A stretch of 64,000 nucleotides of DNA from an uncultured Verrucomicrobiae bacterium (GTDB lineage Bacteria > Verrucomicrobiota > Verrucomicrobiia > Limisphaerales > Palsa-1400): assembly GCA_963764165.1 (NCBI GenBank), contig CAVXRD010000002.1, positions 3,104,001 to 3,168,000 of the forward strand, given 5' to 3'. The notes beneath the pieces are model-generated. The model did no database searches and had not been told where the DNA came from. It saw only the letters and a list, made by a program, of their open reading frames with translations. Every line of letters begins with the position of its first letter. Position 1 is the first letter of the stretch. A program made the position numbers and the translations under genes. Positions 39,298-47,960 of the stretch are shown in pieces.

Positions 39298-39873
39298 ATG
39301 GCTGGCGTGCTAATGGGATCGGCTGTCCTAATAGTTGCATTACGAATCTATTGGATAATATTCGTGCAACAATCCGAGAGTGAGCGGTATCTCGTCAAAC
39401 AATCATTGATTTACTCGAAAATATCTCCGTTTGCTTTAACGACTGCCAATAATCAAATTTCCCACCAGCAATCATCAGCCCGTCCATTCGAAATCTATGC
39501 GGAGTCCAGATATTATGAGAGGGATGATAACCCCCTCAACCTCGAAATCGTTTTTGAGCCAAGCGGAACGTGCAAAGATTTGTGTGTTCGGTGGGCAGAC
39601 CTTTCTATAGAACTAACATACGCAACCAGCAAGACAAATGTGACCGCTAGACATAGATGCTGGGATTCGAAACATCCAATCATAATTGAACTTCCCGATC
39701 GTCATACCACACCACAAACGGTTCGGATTACTGGCAAGTATGGTATGATTTTCCGTTTTAAGCCAAACGTGAAAGAGGTTCGCGTCCCACCTGAGACGAC
39801 GGAAGAGGATTTTAGGGTGAACGTGGCTATCGAAGAGGGATATGTGATTGACACGTTGTTTTTTTGTGATTAA
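39298..39873 (+). CDS. Hypothetical membrane-anchored protein
   Basis: Long ORF with an N-terminal TM helix; start uncertain. Confidence 0.45.
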   Translation: MAGVLMGSAVLIVALRIYWIIFVQQSESERYLVKQSLIYSKISPFALTTANNQISHQQSSARPFEIYAESRYYERDDNPLNLEIVFEPSGTCKDLCVRWADLSIELTYATSKTNVTARHRCWDSKHPIIIELPDRHTTPQTVRITGKYGMIFRFKPNVKEVRVPPETTEEDFRVNVAIEEGYVIDTLFFCD

Positions 39874-39992
39874 TGCGACGAACAAATCAAAACTATAAAT
39901 TTCTCTGTCAGAGCTTGCGCCATGGTCTGACTGTTGCACCGTTACGCCAATGACCGTGAGTTTCCATCGCCAAAGTTGCTCCATTTTTGTAT

Positions 39993-41273
39993 TCACTCTT
40001 GATTTTTCCCATCTCGGGCAAGGTGCTCTAGGGCGGAATTCGTTGGAAAGATGGAAAACCACGCCGTTGCTGCTGCTGGGGTCACCAATTCGCGATAATG
40101 CTGGAAAATCATCTGAGGTGAATTCCCAGCCTCCAACGCGACCTCCGCCGTGTTTTTGATCTGAGCCAGCCTGTAAGAGCAATATGAATGACGGAGAGCA
40201 TTACGCCGCCATTCAACTGCTGGTTTCAGTTTTGATTTGGGATGTTTAGGGTCATTTGGACGAGTGTTGTCAATTAGTCGGTATATAGCACTGGAAATGC
40301 CAATAATCTCGACGACGGGGCCTTCGCGCTTCGCGTAGGGTTTGAGCCAGGCTCGTAGGTTTGGCTGAATGGGGATCAACCGGCGCGAATTGGTTTTAGC
40401 AATGCTCGCATCGACCGTAATGTATCCTGTTTCCAAATTGACCTTGGACCAATCCAAGCGACTAATCTCTGCGCTTCTCAGTCCCGCGAATGCTCCAATG
40501 GCTAAAAAGGGCAGCAGATTATTGCTTGCCAACGAAAATAATTGTTCCAATTCCTCAGGAGTGAAGATTGCCACCTGCTCGCTTTTTATCTTCCACAAGG
40601 GAACAGAGTCAAACTCCCGCCAATCAGCCGGTAAATATTTTCTCGATTTCGCAAAAGCAAAAAGCGTTTGGACCGCCAACCGACAGTTGTTTCGAGTCCT
40701 GTTTGCGACTGGCATGGCCTGCAGCCAGTCTCTGATTTTCTCCATCGGCACGCTCGCCAAGTTGCATTGGAAATCCTTGGCGAATTTTCCGCCCCTGATT
40801 TTGAGATCTCGCAAATACAGATCGCTTAATCCCTCGTCGCGTTTGGCTTTCAACATCTCATCCAGCACCTCGGAGACGGTCTTATTGGGAAGATCGCGCA
40901 GTTTGTGCTGGGCATAATATTGGGCGACATCCACCAGTGACGCTCTCTTGGCGATCCTCTTGGCATCCCGGTATTCGAAGGCGATGGAATCAAGCGAAAG
41001 ATCGAATTCTGCCAAAGCGCTCTTGGCTCGCACAAAGGCCAGGCGGTCTTCACCAGATAATTGAATTATTTCCGCTTCCCCCTTCGACAGGCTGTTCACC
41101 ATGCTGCTTGCATGAAGTTCTGCTGCCGCTAACGATGCAAAGGCTTTGCGCTTTCGGATTGCCCCCTCGAACCAAGCCACAGTGAATGAATCACACCCAT
41201 GCGACGGTGTTTTGTAAATTGTCGCCTTCGTCTGGCCAACCCGAACAACTTTAGGGAATTCGACTTTCCTCAT
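39993..41273 (-). CDS. Tyrosine recombinase / phage-type integrase
   Basis: AGLRSAE (R), K in AKT, LRHSYCSY (second R), GNS and HYR (Y). The true start MRKVEF lies downstream of the tRNA. Confidence 0.93.
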   Translation of the reverse strand: MRKVEFPKVVRVGQTKATIYKTPSHGCDSFTVAWFEGAIRKRKAFASLAAAELHASSMVNSLSKGEAEIIQLSGEDRLAFVRAKSALAEFDLSLDSIAFEYRDAKRIAKRASLVDVAQYYAQHKLRDLPNKTVSEVLDEMLKAKRDEGLSDLYLRDLKIRGGKFAKDFQCNLASVPMEKIRDWLQAMPVANRTRNNCRLAVQTLFAFAKSRKYLPADWREFDSVPLWKIKSEQVAIFTPEELEQLFSLASNNLLPFLAIGAFAGLRSAEISRLDWSKVNLETGYITVDASIAKTNSRRLIPIQPNLRAWLKPYAKREGPVVEIIGISSAIYRLIDNTRPNDPKHPKSKLKPAVEWRRNALRHSYCSYRLAQIKNTAEVALEAGNSPQMIFQHYRELVTPAAATAWFSIFPTNSALEHLARDGKNQE

Positions 41274-41336
41274 CCTGCAGATTGTCAGGAATTGGTCAGG
41301 AAAGTCAATGTTGCCGAGGCTTTCCCAGTAAAAAGT

Positions 41337-41423
41337 TGGTGCCGACGGAGGGGGTCGAACCCACACACTCTTCCGAGTACTAGATTTTGAGTCTAGCGCG
41401 TCTGCCAATTCCGCCACATCGGC
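41337..41423 (-). tRNA. tRNA-Leu(CAA)
   Basis: GCCGATGTGGCGGAATTGGCAGACGCGCTAGACTCAAAATCTAG...GGTTCGACCCCCTCCGTCGGCACCA; long variable arm and CCA end. Confidence 0.97.
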
Positions 41424-41573
41424 TTAATAACCAACCACTTACATCTGCAATTTTGGCAATTTCCAATTTTGTGTCCCGCCTTTGTATCCCGGACACCCGA
41501 AAATACTCATCCGAGAACGCCATTTCGTCAAGCAATACTGGGAGACCAGTTCCACCGGATGGGAAAACATTCT

Positions 41574-41603
41574 CTGTCCTTTAGGGCTGTTTATTTCGCA
41601 CTG
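41574..41603 (+). promoter_or_regulatory. Putative ECF-dependent promoter (copy 1)
   Basis: CTGTCCTTT-N10-ATTTCGCACTG, with the same spacing as 44823-44852. Confidence 0.55.
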
Positions 41604-41627
41604 AAGGGTGAATGATTGGATTCGCCC

Positions 41628-44585
41628 ATGCCCGAGCCATCTGAGCACGAAATCGAGGTGTTCAACGTTGCGCTGGAATTGCCAGCCGCAAAGCGGACTT
41701 CTTACCTCGACAAGGAATGCGCTGGCGACGCCGCGTTGCGACAGCGCGTGGAAGCATTGCTCAAGGCCAGCGAGGATTCTTACACCTGCCTCGAAGGCTC
41801 GGCTGCCATCCCATCCGGGAATTTCCGCCTCCCGCCCCTTCCCGCCGAAAAACCCGGTGATCGCATTGGCCGCTATAAACTTCTTCAACAAATTGGCGAA
41901 GGCGGCTGCGGCGTGGTTTACATGGCCGAGCAGGAGGAGCCTGTTCGCCGCCGCGTGGCGCTGAAAGTCATCAAGCTGGGGATGGACACCAAATCGGTCA
42001 TTGCGCGATTTGAAGCGGAGCGCCAGGCACTCGCGTTGATGGACCATCCGAATATCGCCAAGGTTCTCGACGCCGGCGCCACCGACACGGGCCGGCCCTA
42101 CTTCGTGATGGAATTGGTAAAGGCCATTCCCATCACACGGTACTGCGACGAGAACAACCTCAGCACCCCGGCGCGGCTGGGGTTGTTTCTTCAAATCTGC
42201 CAGGCGATTCAACATGCGCACCAAAAAGGAATCATTCATCGGGACATCAAGCCGTCAAACATCCTGGTTGCCGACCACGACGGCGTTCCGGTGCCCAAGA
42301 TCATAGACTTCGGCATTGCTAAGGCGACGACCGATCAGCGGCTGACAGACAAGACGGTGTTCACGGCGTTTGAGCAATTCATTGGCACGCCGGCTTATAT
42401 GAGTCCGGAGCAAGCCAAGCTTAGCGGGCTGGACATAGACACGCGCACCGACATTTATTCATTGGGAGTGCTGCTCTACGAATTGCTGACTGGCAAGACC
42501 CCGTTTGAATCCAGGCGCTTGATGGAAGCTGGCTTGGATGAAGTGCGCCGCATTATTCGGGAAGAGGAGCCGGCGCGGCCCTCAACCAAGCTGGAAACAC
42601 TGGAGGCAGCGGAACAAACAACCGTCGCCAGGCATCGCCAATCCGATCCTCCCAAGCTGGCGCATCTGATCCGAGGCGACTTGGATTGGATCGTGATGAA
42701 GGCGCTGGAAAAGGATCGGTCGCGGCGCTATGAAACCGCGAACGGTCTGGCGATGGATATTCAGCGGCACTTGGAAAACGAACCAATTCTGGCTCGGCCG
42801 CCCGGGACCGCCTACCGGCTGCAAAAATCATTTCGCCGACATAAGCTCGCCTTCACCACTTGCGCGATCGTGGGGGCGTCGCTGCTGCTGGGCGTCATCG
42901 GAAGCACTTGGCAGGCAGTGCGCGCGACCAAAGCGGAGAAGCTGGCCGAACATCGGCTTGGAGAAGCAGCCGCCGAGCGCGATGCAAAGGAAGAGGCGCG
43001 CAAGGAAGCCGAAGCCATTTCGACGTTCCTAACGCAAGTATTCACAAGTCCATCCCCATTTCGAGACGGTCGCACCATTACCGTGGCCGAAGGTCTTAGC
43101 AATGCGACGCAGAAGCTGGAAATCGACCTCGCAAACCAACCCGCGCGCCGGGCCAAGCTCCTATCGGCGGTTGGCGCAACTTATTATGGGCTCGGCCTAT
43201 TCTACGACGCCATCCCTCTGCAAGAGAAGGCTCGCGATTACTATCTGGCCACGATTGGACCGGAAAGCCGCGACACGCTCGTGGCGACGCGCAGGCTGGC
43301 GAATCTTTACGCAGAAGTCGGGCGCCTGGACGAAGCCATCAAGCTGCTTGAGCCGGTGGTCACACTCAGCCGCAAGGTGCTCGGCCCGGAAGACCCCGAG
43401 ACGATCAACGCGATTTCTACCCTGGCGGGCACCTACAATGTTGCCGGCCGGTGGGCCGATTCGCTCAAACTGCGTGAAGAGTCGCTGACGCTGAGCCGCA
43501 AGGTCAACGGTCCGGAAGACCCAATTACGATTCAGTTTATGGAAGAGCTGGCGATTTCCCACTTGCAACTGGGACATCTGCGCGAGTCGATCCCGCAGGG
43601 TGAGCAGGTCTTGGCCCTGAGCACTAGGGTTCTCGGCCCGGAACACCGCCAAACACTTCGCTGCATGTACAGTTTGGGGGCGTCCTACTACGCGGCTGGC
43701 CGCCGGGACGATGCCCTAAAGTTGTGGGAGAAAGCCCTGCCGCTCGACAGCAAGGTCAATGGCCCGGAACACCCCCTGACGCTTAAAGTAATGTCTCGCT
43801 TGGCAATAGCTTACAGTGAGACGGGCCGCTATGACGATGCTATAAACCTGAGCGAACAAGCCTTGGAGATTAACCGCAAACTCAACGGCCCTGCCCACCC
43901 CGACACGCTCGAAGCGATGCAAGTCTTGGCGATTTCCTATGACCATGCAGGCCGGCACGAGGAGGCGATCCATCTATTGGAAGCGGCACTGGAGCTTTCC
44001 AGCAAAAAATTTGGCGACGAGAATCCAATCACGCTCAGTAAGATGGGGACTTTGTCATTTGTGTTATTCGAGGCCGGTCGTCGGGACGAGGCGATCAAGC
44101 TGGGGGAGAAGGCCCTGGCGCTCAAAAGCAAGGTGCTCGGCCTGGACAACTATGAAACGATAGGCGCGATGGAGAACATGGCCGTTTTCTATGCAGCGGC
44201 TGGCCGGCAGAAGGAGTCCCTCACGCTTAAGGAGCAGGTGCTGGCGCACGATCGCAAGGCGCTCAGCTCGCAACACCCCATAACACTCCAGGCAATGAAC
44301 GATGTGGCATGGATACAGGCCACCAGCGATGCGGCAGAAATTCGGAACGGCACGAACGCCGTGCTTCTGGCCGAAGAGGCGGTCGCAGCCACCCATCGCA
44401 AGAACCCCGGTTTTCTCGACACCTTGGCCGCCTGCTATGCTGCGACGCAACAATTTGACAAGGCTGCAGCCGTGCAGTTGGAGGCCATGAGCCTGCTTCA
44501 AACCGAACAGGAAAAGAAGGATTTCAACTCGCGATTGAAGCTTTACCAGGCGCACAAGCCTTTTCAGAAGCCAGCAAACCCCTGA
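41628..44585 (+). CDS. Hanks-type Ser/Thr kinase with one TM helix and C-terminal TPR repeats
   Basis: GEGGCG, VALK, HRDIKPSN, DFG and GTPAYMSPE; 42-aa 'GPEHP.TL' TPR repeats. Confidence 0.95.
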   Translation: MPEPSEHEIEVFNVALELPAAKRTSYLDKECAGDAALRQRVEALLKASEDSYTCLEGSAAIPSGNFRLPPLPAEKPGDRIGRYKLLQQIGEGGCGVVYMAEQEEPVRRRVALKVIKLGMDTKSVIARFEAERQALALMDHPNIAKVLDAGATDTGRPYFVMELVKAIPITRYCDENNLSTPARLGLFLQICQAIQHAHQKGIIHRDIKPSNILVADHDGVPVPKIIDFGIAKATTDQRLTDKTVFTAFEQFIGTPAYMSPEQAKLSGLDIDTRTDIYSLGVLLYELLTGKTPFESRRLMEAGLDEVRRIIREEEPARPSTKLETLEAAEQTTVARHRQSDPPKLAHLIRGDLDWIVMKALEKDRSRRYETANGLAMDIQRHLENEPILARPPGTAYRLQKSFRRHKLAFTTCAIVGASLLLGVIGSTWQAVRATKAEKLAEHRLGEAAAERDAKEEARKEAEAISTFLTQVFTSPSPFRDGRTITVAEGLSNATQKLEIDLANQPARRAKLLSAVGATYYGLGLFYDAIPLQEKARDYYLATIGPESRDTLVATRRLANLYAEVGRLDEAIKLLEPVVTLSRKVLGPEDPETINAISTLAGTYNVAGRWADSLKLREESLTLSRKVNGPEDPITIQFMEELAISHLQLGHLRESIPQGEQVLALSTRVLGPEHRQTLRCMYSLGASYYAAGRRDDALKLWEKALPLDSKVNGPEHPLTLKVMSRLAIAYSETGRYDDAINLSEQALEINRKLNGPAHPDTLEAMQVLAISYDHAGRHEEAIHLLEAALELSSKKFGDENPITLSKMGTLSFVLFEAGRRDEAIKLGEKALALKSKVLGLDNYETIGAMENMAVFYAAAGRQKESLTLKEQVLAHDRKALSSQHPITLQAMNDVAWIQATSDAAEIRNGTNAVLLAEEAVAATHRKNPGFLDTLAACYAATQQFDKAAAVQLEAMSLLQTEQEKKDFNSRLKLYQAHKPFQKPANP

Positions 44586-44596
44586 CACCAGGGGAA

Positions 44597-44781
44597 GCCA
44601 CAGACGGACACAGATCAACACAGATTTTTGATTTATCTGCGTTGATCTGCGGCCATCTGTGGCCATTCCGATTCCCACGCCGGCAAGGGGCCGTTTAGCC
44701 GCAGATTGACGCAGATGAACGCAGATTTTCTGACGAAGCAGCCCTTTCTTCGTCTGTGTTGATCTGTGTCAATCTGTGGCT
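44597..44781. repeat. Two tandem CAGAT-type palindromic (REP-like) elements
   Basis: (C/G)CAGAT repeated at ~10-bp period and mirrored as ATCTG(C/T)G; 44597-44663 and 44697-44781. Confidence 0.85.
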
Positions 44782-44822
44782 TCAACTGGCTTATTCAGGT
44801 TCAGCCGTCGCTTCAAAATCAA

Positions 44823-44852
44823 CTGTACCTTTGGCCCCGGAATTTCGCACTG
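44823..44852 (+). promoter_or_regulatory. Putative ECF-dependent promoter (copy 2)
   Basis: CTGTACCTT-N10-ATTTCGCACTG upstream of the first LRR gene. Confidence 0.55.
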
Positions 44853-44906
44853 GTTGGTGGTGAGCGCATCGGCTCACGCGCAAAAAATTCAGCCGAACTT
44901 TGCATT

Positions 44907-46766
44907 ATGATTGACATCAACTGTTCTCGAAACCTTGCTGTGCGTTCGCGTGCTGCCCGGTCCTCAGCCCTGCTCGTCCTGTCCGCGTTGCTGGCGCTGC
45001 CCGCTCTCGTGCAGGCGCAATTCACATGCACAACCAACAACGGGGCCATCACCATCACAGGCTATACCGGCGGCGGCGGCGCCGTGGCCATTCCTGCCAC
45101 CATCAACGGCTACCCCGTTACCGCCATCAGGTATGGGGCGCTTTCCGACCAAGGCAGCATCACCGGCGTAACAATTGGCGCCAATGTCACCAGCATCGGA
45201 CTTGAAGCGTTCGCTGACTGCTCCAGCCTGACCAACATCGCCGTGGCTGCGGCCAACCCGGCTTACAGCAGTCTCAACGGAGTTTTGTTCGACAAAGGTC
45301 GAGCCACACTCCTTCAATTTCCCGGAGGGCTTGGCGGCAGTTACGCCATACCCAGCGGCGTCACCAGCATTGGAGGGGCAGCGTTCGAATACTGCACCAT
45401 ACTGACCAGCGTCACAATTCCTGACAGCGTCACCAGCATCGAAACCAATGCGTTCCAATCCTGCGATGACCTGGCCAGCGTCACGATTGGAGACGGCGTC
45501 ACCAACATCGGAAATAGTGCTTTCTCCTTTTGCGGCAGGTTGGCGAGTTTGACGATTGGCACCAATGTCATCAGCATTGGCAGCAATGCGTTCGAGAGTA
45601 TCGGCGTGACCAGTGTGACGATTCCGAACAGCGTCACCAGCATCAGCCAAGCTGCGTTCTTTTACTGCTCCGACCTGGCCAGCGTCACGATTGGCGACAG
45701 CGTCACCAACATCGGAGAGGATGCCTTCGATTGGTGCACGAGTCTGACCAGCATCAGTGTGGCTGCGGCCAACCCGGCTTACAGCAGTCTGAACGGAGTT
45801 CTATTCGACAAAAGCCAAGCTACACTCCTTCAATTTCCAGGAGGACGGGGCGGAGGTTACGCCATTCCCAGCAGCGTCACCAGCATCGGGGAGGCTGCGT
45901 TTGGCTACTGCACCAACCTGACCAGCGTGACCATTCCCAATAGTATTACTAATATAGGAAGTTATGCCTTTGCCTACTGCTATAGCCTGACGAGCGCGAC
46001 CATCCCCGGCAGCATTACCAGCATTAGCGATTCTGCTTTCTTTGCTTGCTATGACTTGGCGAGCGTGACCATCCCCAATGGCGTCACCAGCATCGGGGAT
46101 TCTGCTTTTTTTCTCTGCAACCTGACAAGCGTGACTATCCCCAACAGCGTCACTAGCATCGGGGACTCTGCCTTTTCCGACTGCACCAGCCTGTCGAGCG
46201 TGACCATTCCTAACAGCGTCACCAGCATTGGTGGTGATGTGTTTTCCGGCTGCACCCGCCTGACAAGCGTGACCATTCCCAACAGCGTCACCAGCATCGG
46301 AGATGGCGCGTTCGATGGCTGTGGCTTGACGAGCGTGACCATCCCCAGCGGCGTCACCAGCATCGGGGATTCCGCGTTTTACAACTGCTACAGCCTGACG
46401 TCCGCCTATTTTCTGGGGAACGCGCCGCCCGATGTTGGAACCGCTTTCCTCTCTCGCCGCGGCACGGACCCTGCCATTGTCTACTACCTGCTTGGCACGA
46501 CCGGCTGGGGTTCAACTTTTGGCGGCGTCCCGGCGGTGTTGTGGAATCCGCAGGCTACTGCGCTTAGCTTCACCGGCAGTCACTTTGGATTCAACTTCAC
46601 CGGCCCCACCAACGCGGCCATCGTGGTGGAAGCCTGCACCAACCTTTCCCATCCCGTGTGGCTGCCCCTCAGCACCAACACCTTGTCCGCCAGCGGCACC
46701 TCCACTTTCACCGATTCATCATCCAGCGGTCAGCCGAGCCGTTTTTACCGTTTCAGCGCACCGTGA
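44907..46766 (+). CDS. BspA-type (LRR_5) leucine-rich-repeat surface protein 1
   Basis: Signal peptide (VQAQF), [15 protein letters not shown] repeats and the C-terminus RFYRFSAP. Confidence 0.93.
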   Translation: MIDINCSRNLAVRSRAARSSALLVLSALLALPALVQAQFTCTTNNGAITITGYTGGGGAVAIPATINGYPVTAIRYGALSDQGSITGVTIGANVTSIGLEAFADCSSLTNIAVAAANPAYSSLNGVLFDKGRATLLQFPGGLGGSYAIPSGVTSIGGAAFEYCTILTSVTIPDSVTSIETNAFQSCDDLASVTIGDGVTNIGNSAFSFCGRLASLTIGTNVISIGSNAFESIGVTSVTIPNSVTSISQAAFFYCSDLASVTIGDSVTNIGEDAFDWCTSLTSISVAAANPAYSSLNGVLFDKSQATLLQFPGGRGGGYAIPSSVTSIGEAAFGYCTNLTSVTIPNSITNIGSYAFAYCYSLTSATIPGSITSISDSAFFACYDLASVTIPNGVTSIGDSAFFLCNLTSVTIPNSVTSIGDSAFSDCTSLSSVTIPNSVTSIGGDVFSGCTRLTSVTIPNSVTSIGDGAFDGCGLTSVTIPSGVTSIGDSAFYNCYSLTSAYFLGNAPPDVGTAFLSRRGTDPAIVYYLLGTTGWGSTFGGVPAVLWNPQATALSFTGSHFGFNFTGPTNAAIVVEACTNLSHPVWLPLSTNTLSASGTSTFTDSSSSGQPSRFYRFSAP

Positions 46767-46807
46767 CCCGCAATTCAAGAAAAGCAGAACCAAAGAAAAT
46801 TGACACT

Positions 46808-47902
46808 ATGAAAACAAGCATGCAGAAACTGGTAATCGCGCTGGCGTTGCTGGCGCTGCCCGCCCTCGCGCAGGCGCAATTCACCTGCACGACCAACGAC
46901 GGGACCATCACCATCACTGGCTATAGCGGCGGCGGGGGCGCGGTGGCCATACCCGCCACCATCAACAGCTACCCCGTGACCGCCATCGGGGATGGCGCGT
47001 TTTCCGACCAAGGCGGCGTCACCATCGTGACGATTGGCGCCAATGTTACCAGCATCGGACTTGAGGCGTTTGCTGCCTGCACCAGCCTGACCGAAATAAC
47101 CATTGCCGCAGCCAACCCGGCTTACAGCAGCCTGGGCGGCGTTTTGTTCGACAAGACGCGAGCGACCCTGCTGCAATTCCCCAGCGGTCTCGGAGGAGGT
47201 TACACCATCACAAACAGCGTCACCAGCATCGAGGATTATGCGTTTTACGACTGCGTCGGCCTGACGAAGGTGACCATCCCCGACAGCGTCACGAACATCG
47301 CGGATTCGGCGTTTGGTTATTGCCGCAGCCTGATGAGCGTGAGCGTCCCCAACAGCGTCACCAGCATCGGGGTGGGTGGGTTTGCCTTCTGCACCAGCCT
47401 GACGAGCACGACCATAGGCAACGGCGTCACCAGCATCGGAGAACAGGCGTTTTACGGCTGCACCAACCTGGCGAGCGTGACGATTCCCAGTAGCGTCACC
47501 AGCATCGGGGATGGTGCGTTTACCTTCTGCCCCAGCCTGACTTCTGCCTATTTTTTGGGGAACGCGCCGCCCGATAATGGATACGCTTTCTACGGTGAGA
47601 CCGCCACCGCCACAGTCTATTACCTGCCTGGCACAACCGGCTGGGGTTCGACGTTTGGCAGCGTCCCGGCGGTGTTGTGGAATCCGCAGGCCAATACGTT
47701 GAGGTTCACCCGCGGCCACTTCGGTTTCAACCTCACCGGACCTACCAACGCGGTCATCGTGATTGAAGCCTGCACCACCCTGGCCGATCCTGTCTGGCTG
47801 CCCGTTAGCACCAACACTTTGTCTAGCTTGGGAACGGCCACTTTCAGCGATTCCCAATCGGGCGGGTATCCGATTCGTTTCTACCGTTTCCGGTCGCCCT
47901 GA
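46808..47902 (+). CDS. BspA-type LRR surface protein 2
   Basis: MKTSMQK signal peptide, the same repeats and the C-terminus RFYRFRSP. Confidence 0.93.
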   Translation: MKTSMQKLVIALALLALPALAQAQFTCTTNDGTITITGYSGGGGAVAIPATINSYPVTAIGDGAFSDQGGVTIVTIGANVTSIGLEAFAACTSLTEITIAAANPAYSSLGGVLFDKTRATLLQFPSGLGGGYTITNSVTSIEDYAFYDCVGLTKVTIPDSVTNIADSAFGYCRSLMSVSVPNSVTSIGVGGFAFCTSLTSTTIGNGVTSIGEQAFYGCTNLASVTIPSSVTSIGDGAFTFCPSLTSAYFLGNAPPDNGYAFYGETATATVYYLPGTTGWGSTFGSVPAVLWNPQANTLRFTRGHFGFNLTGPTNAVIVIEACTTLADPVWLPVSTNTLSSLGTATFSDSQSGGYPIRFYRFRSP

Positions 47903-47960
47903 CAGACATACGACAACCGACAACATTTTCACGAAATGGACTGAAACTTGGAAAAACTCT

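Larger units (their letters stand above)
33708..41364. mobile_element. Tyrosine-integrase genomic island at tRNA-Leu(CAA), about 7.7 kb
   Basis: 32-bp perfect direct repeat at both ends, integrase next to the tRNA, an excisionase remnant, and visibly more AT-rich cargo. Confidence 0.92.

Noticed and set aside
41274..41417. N-terminal extension of the integrase ORF (474 aa)
   Set aside because: It runs through tRNA-Leu; the real start is the ATG at 41273.
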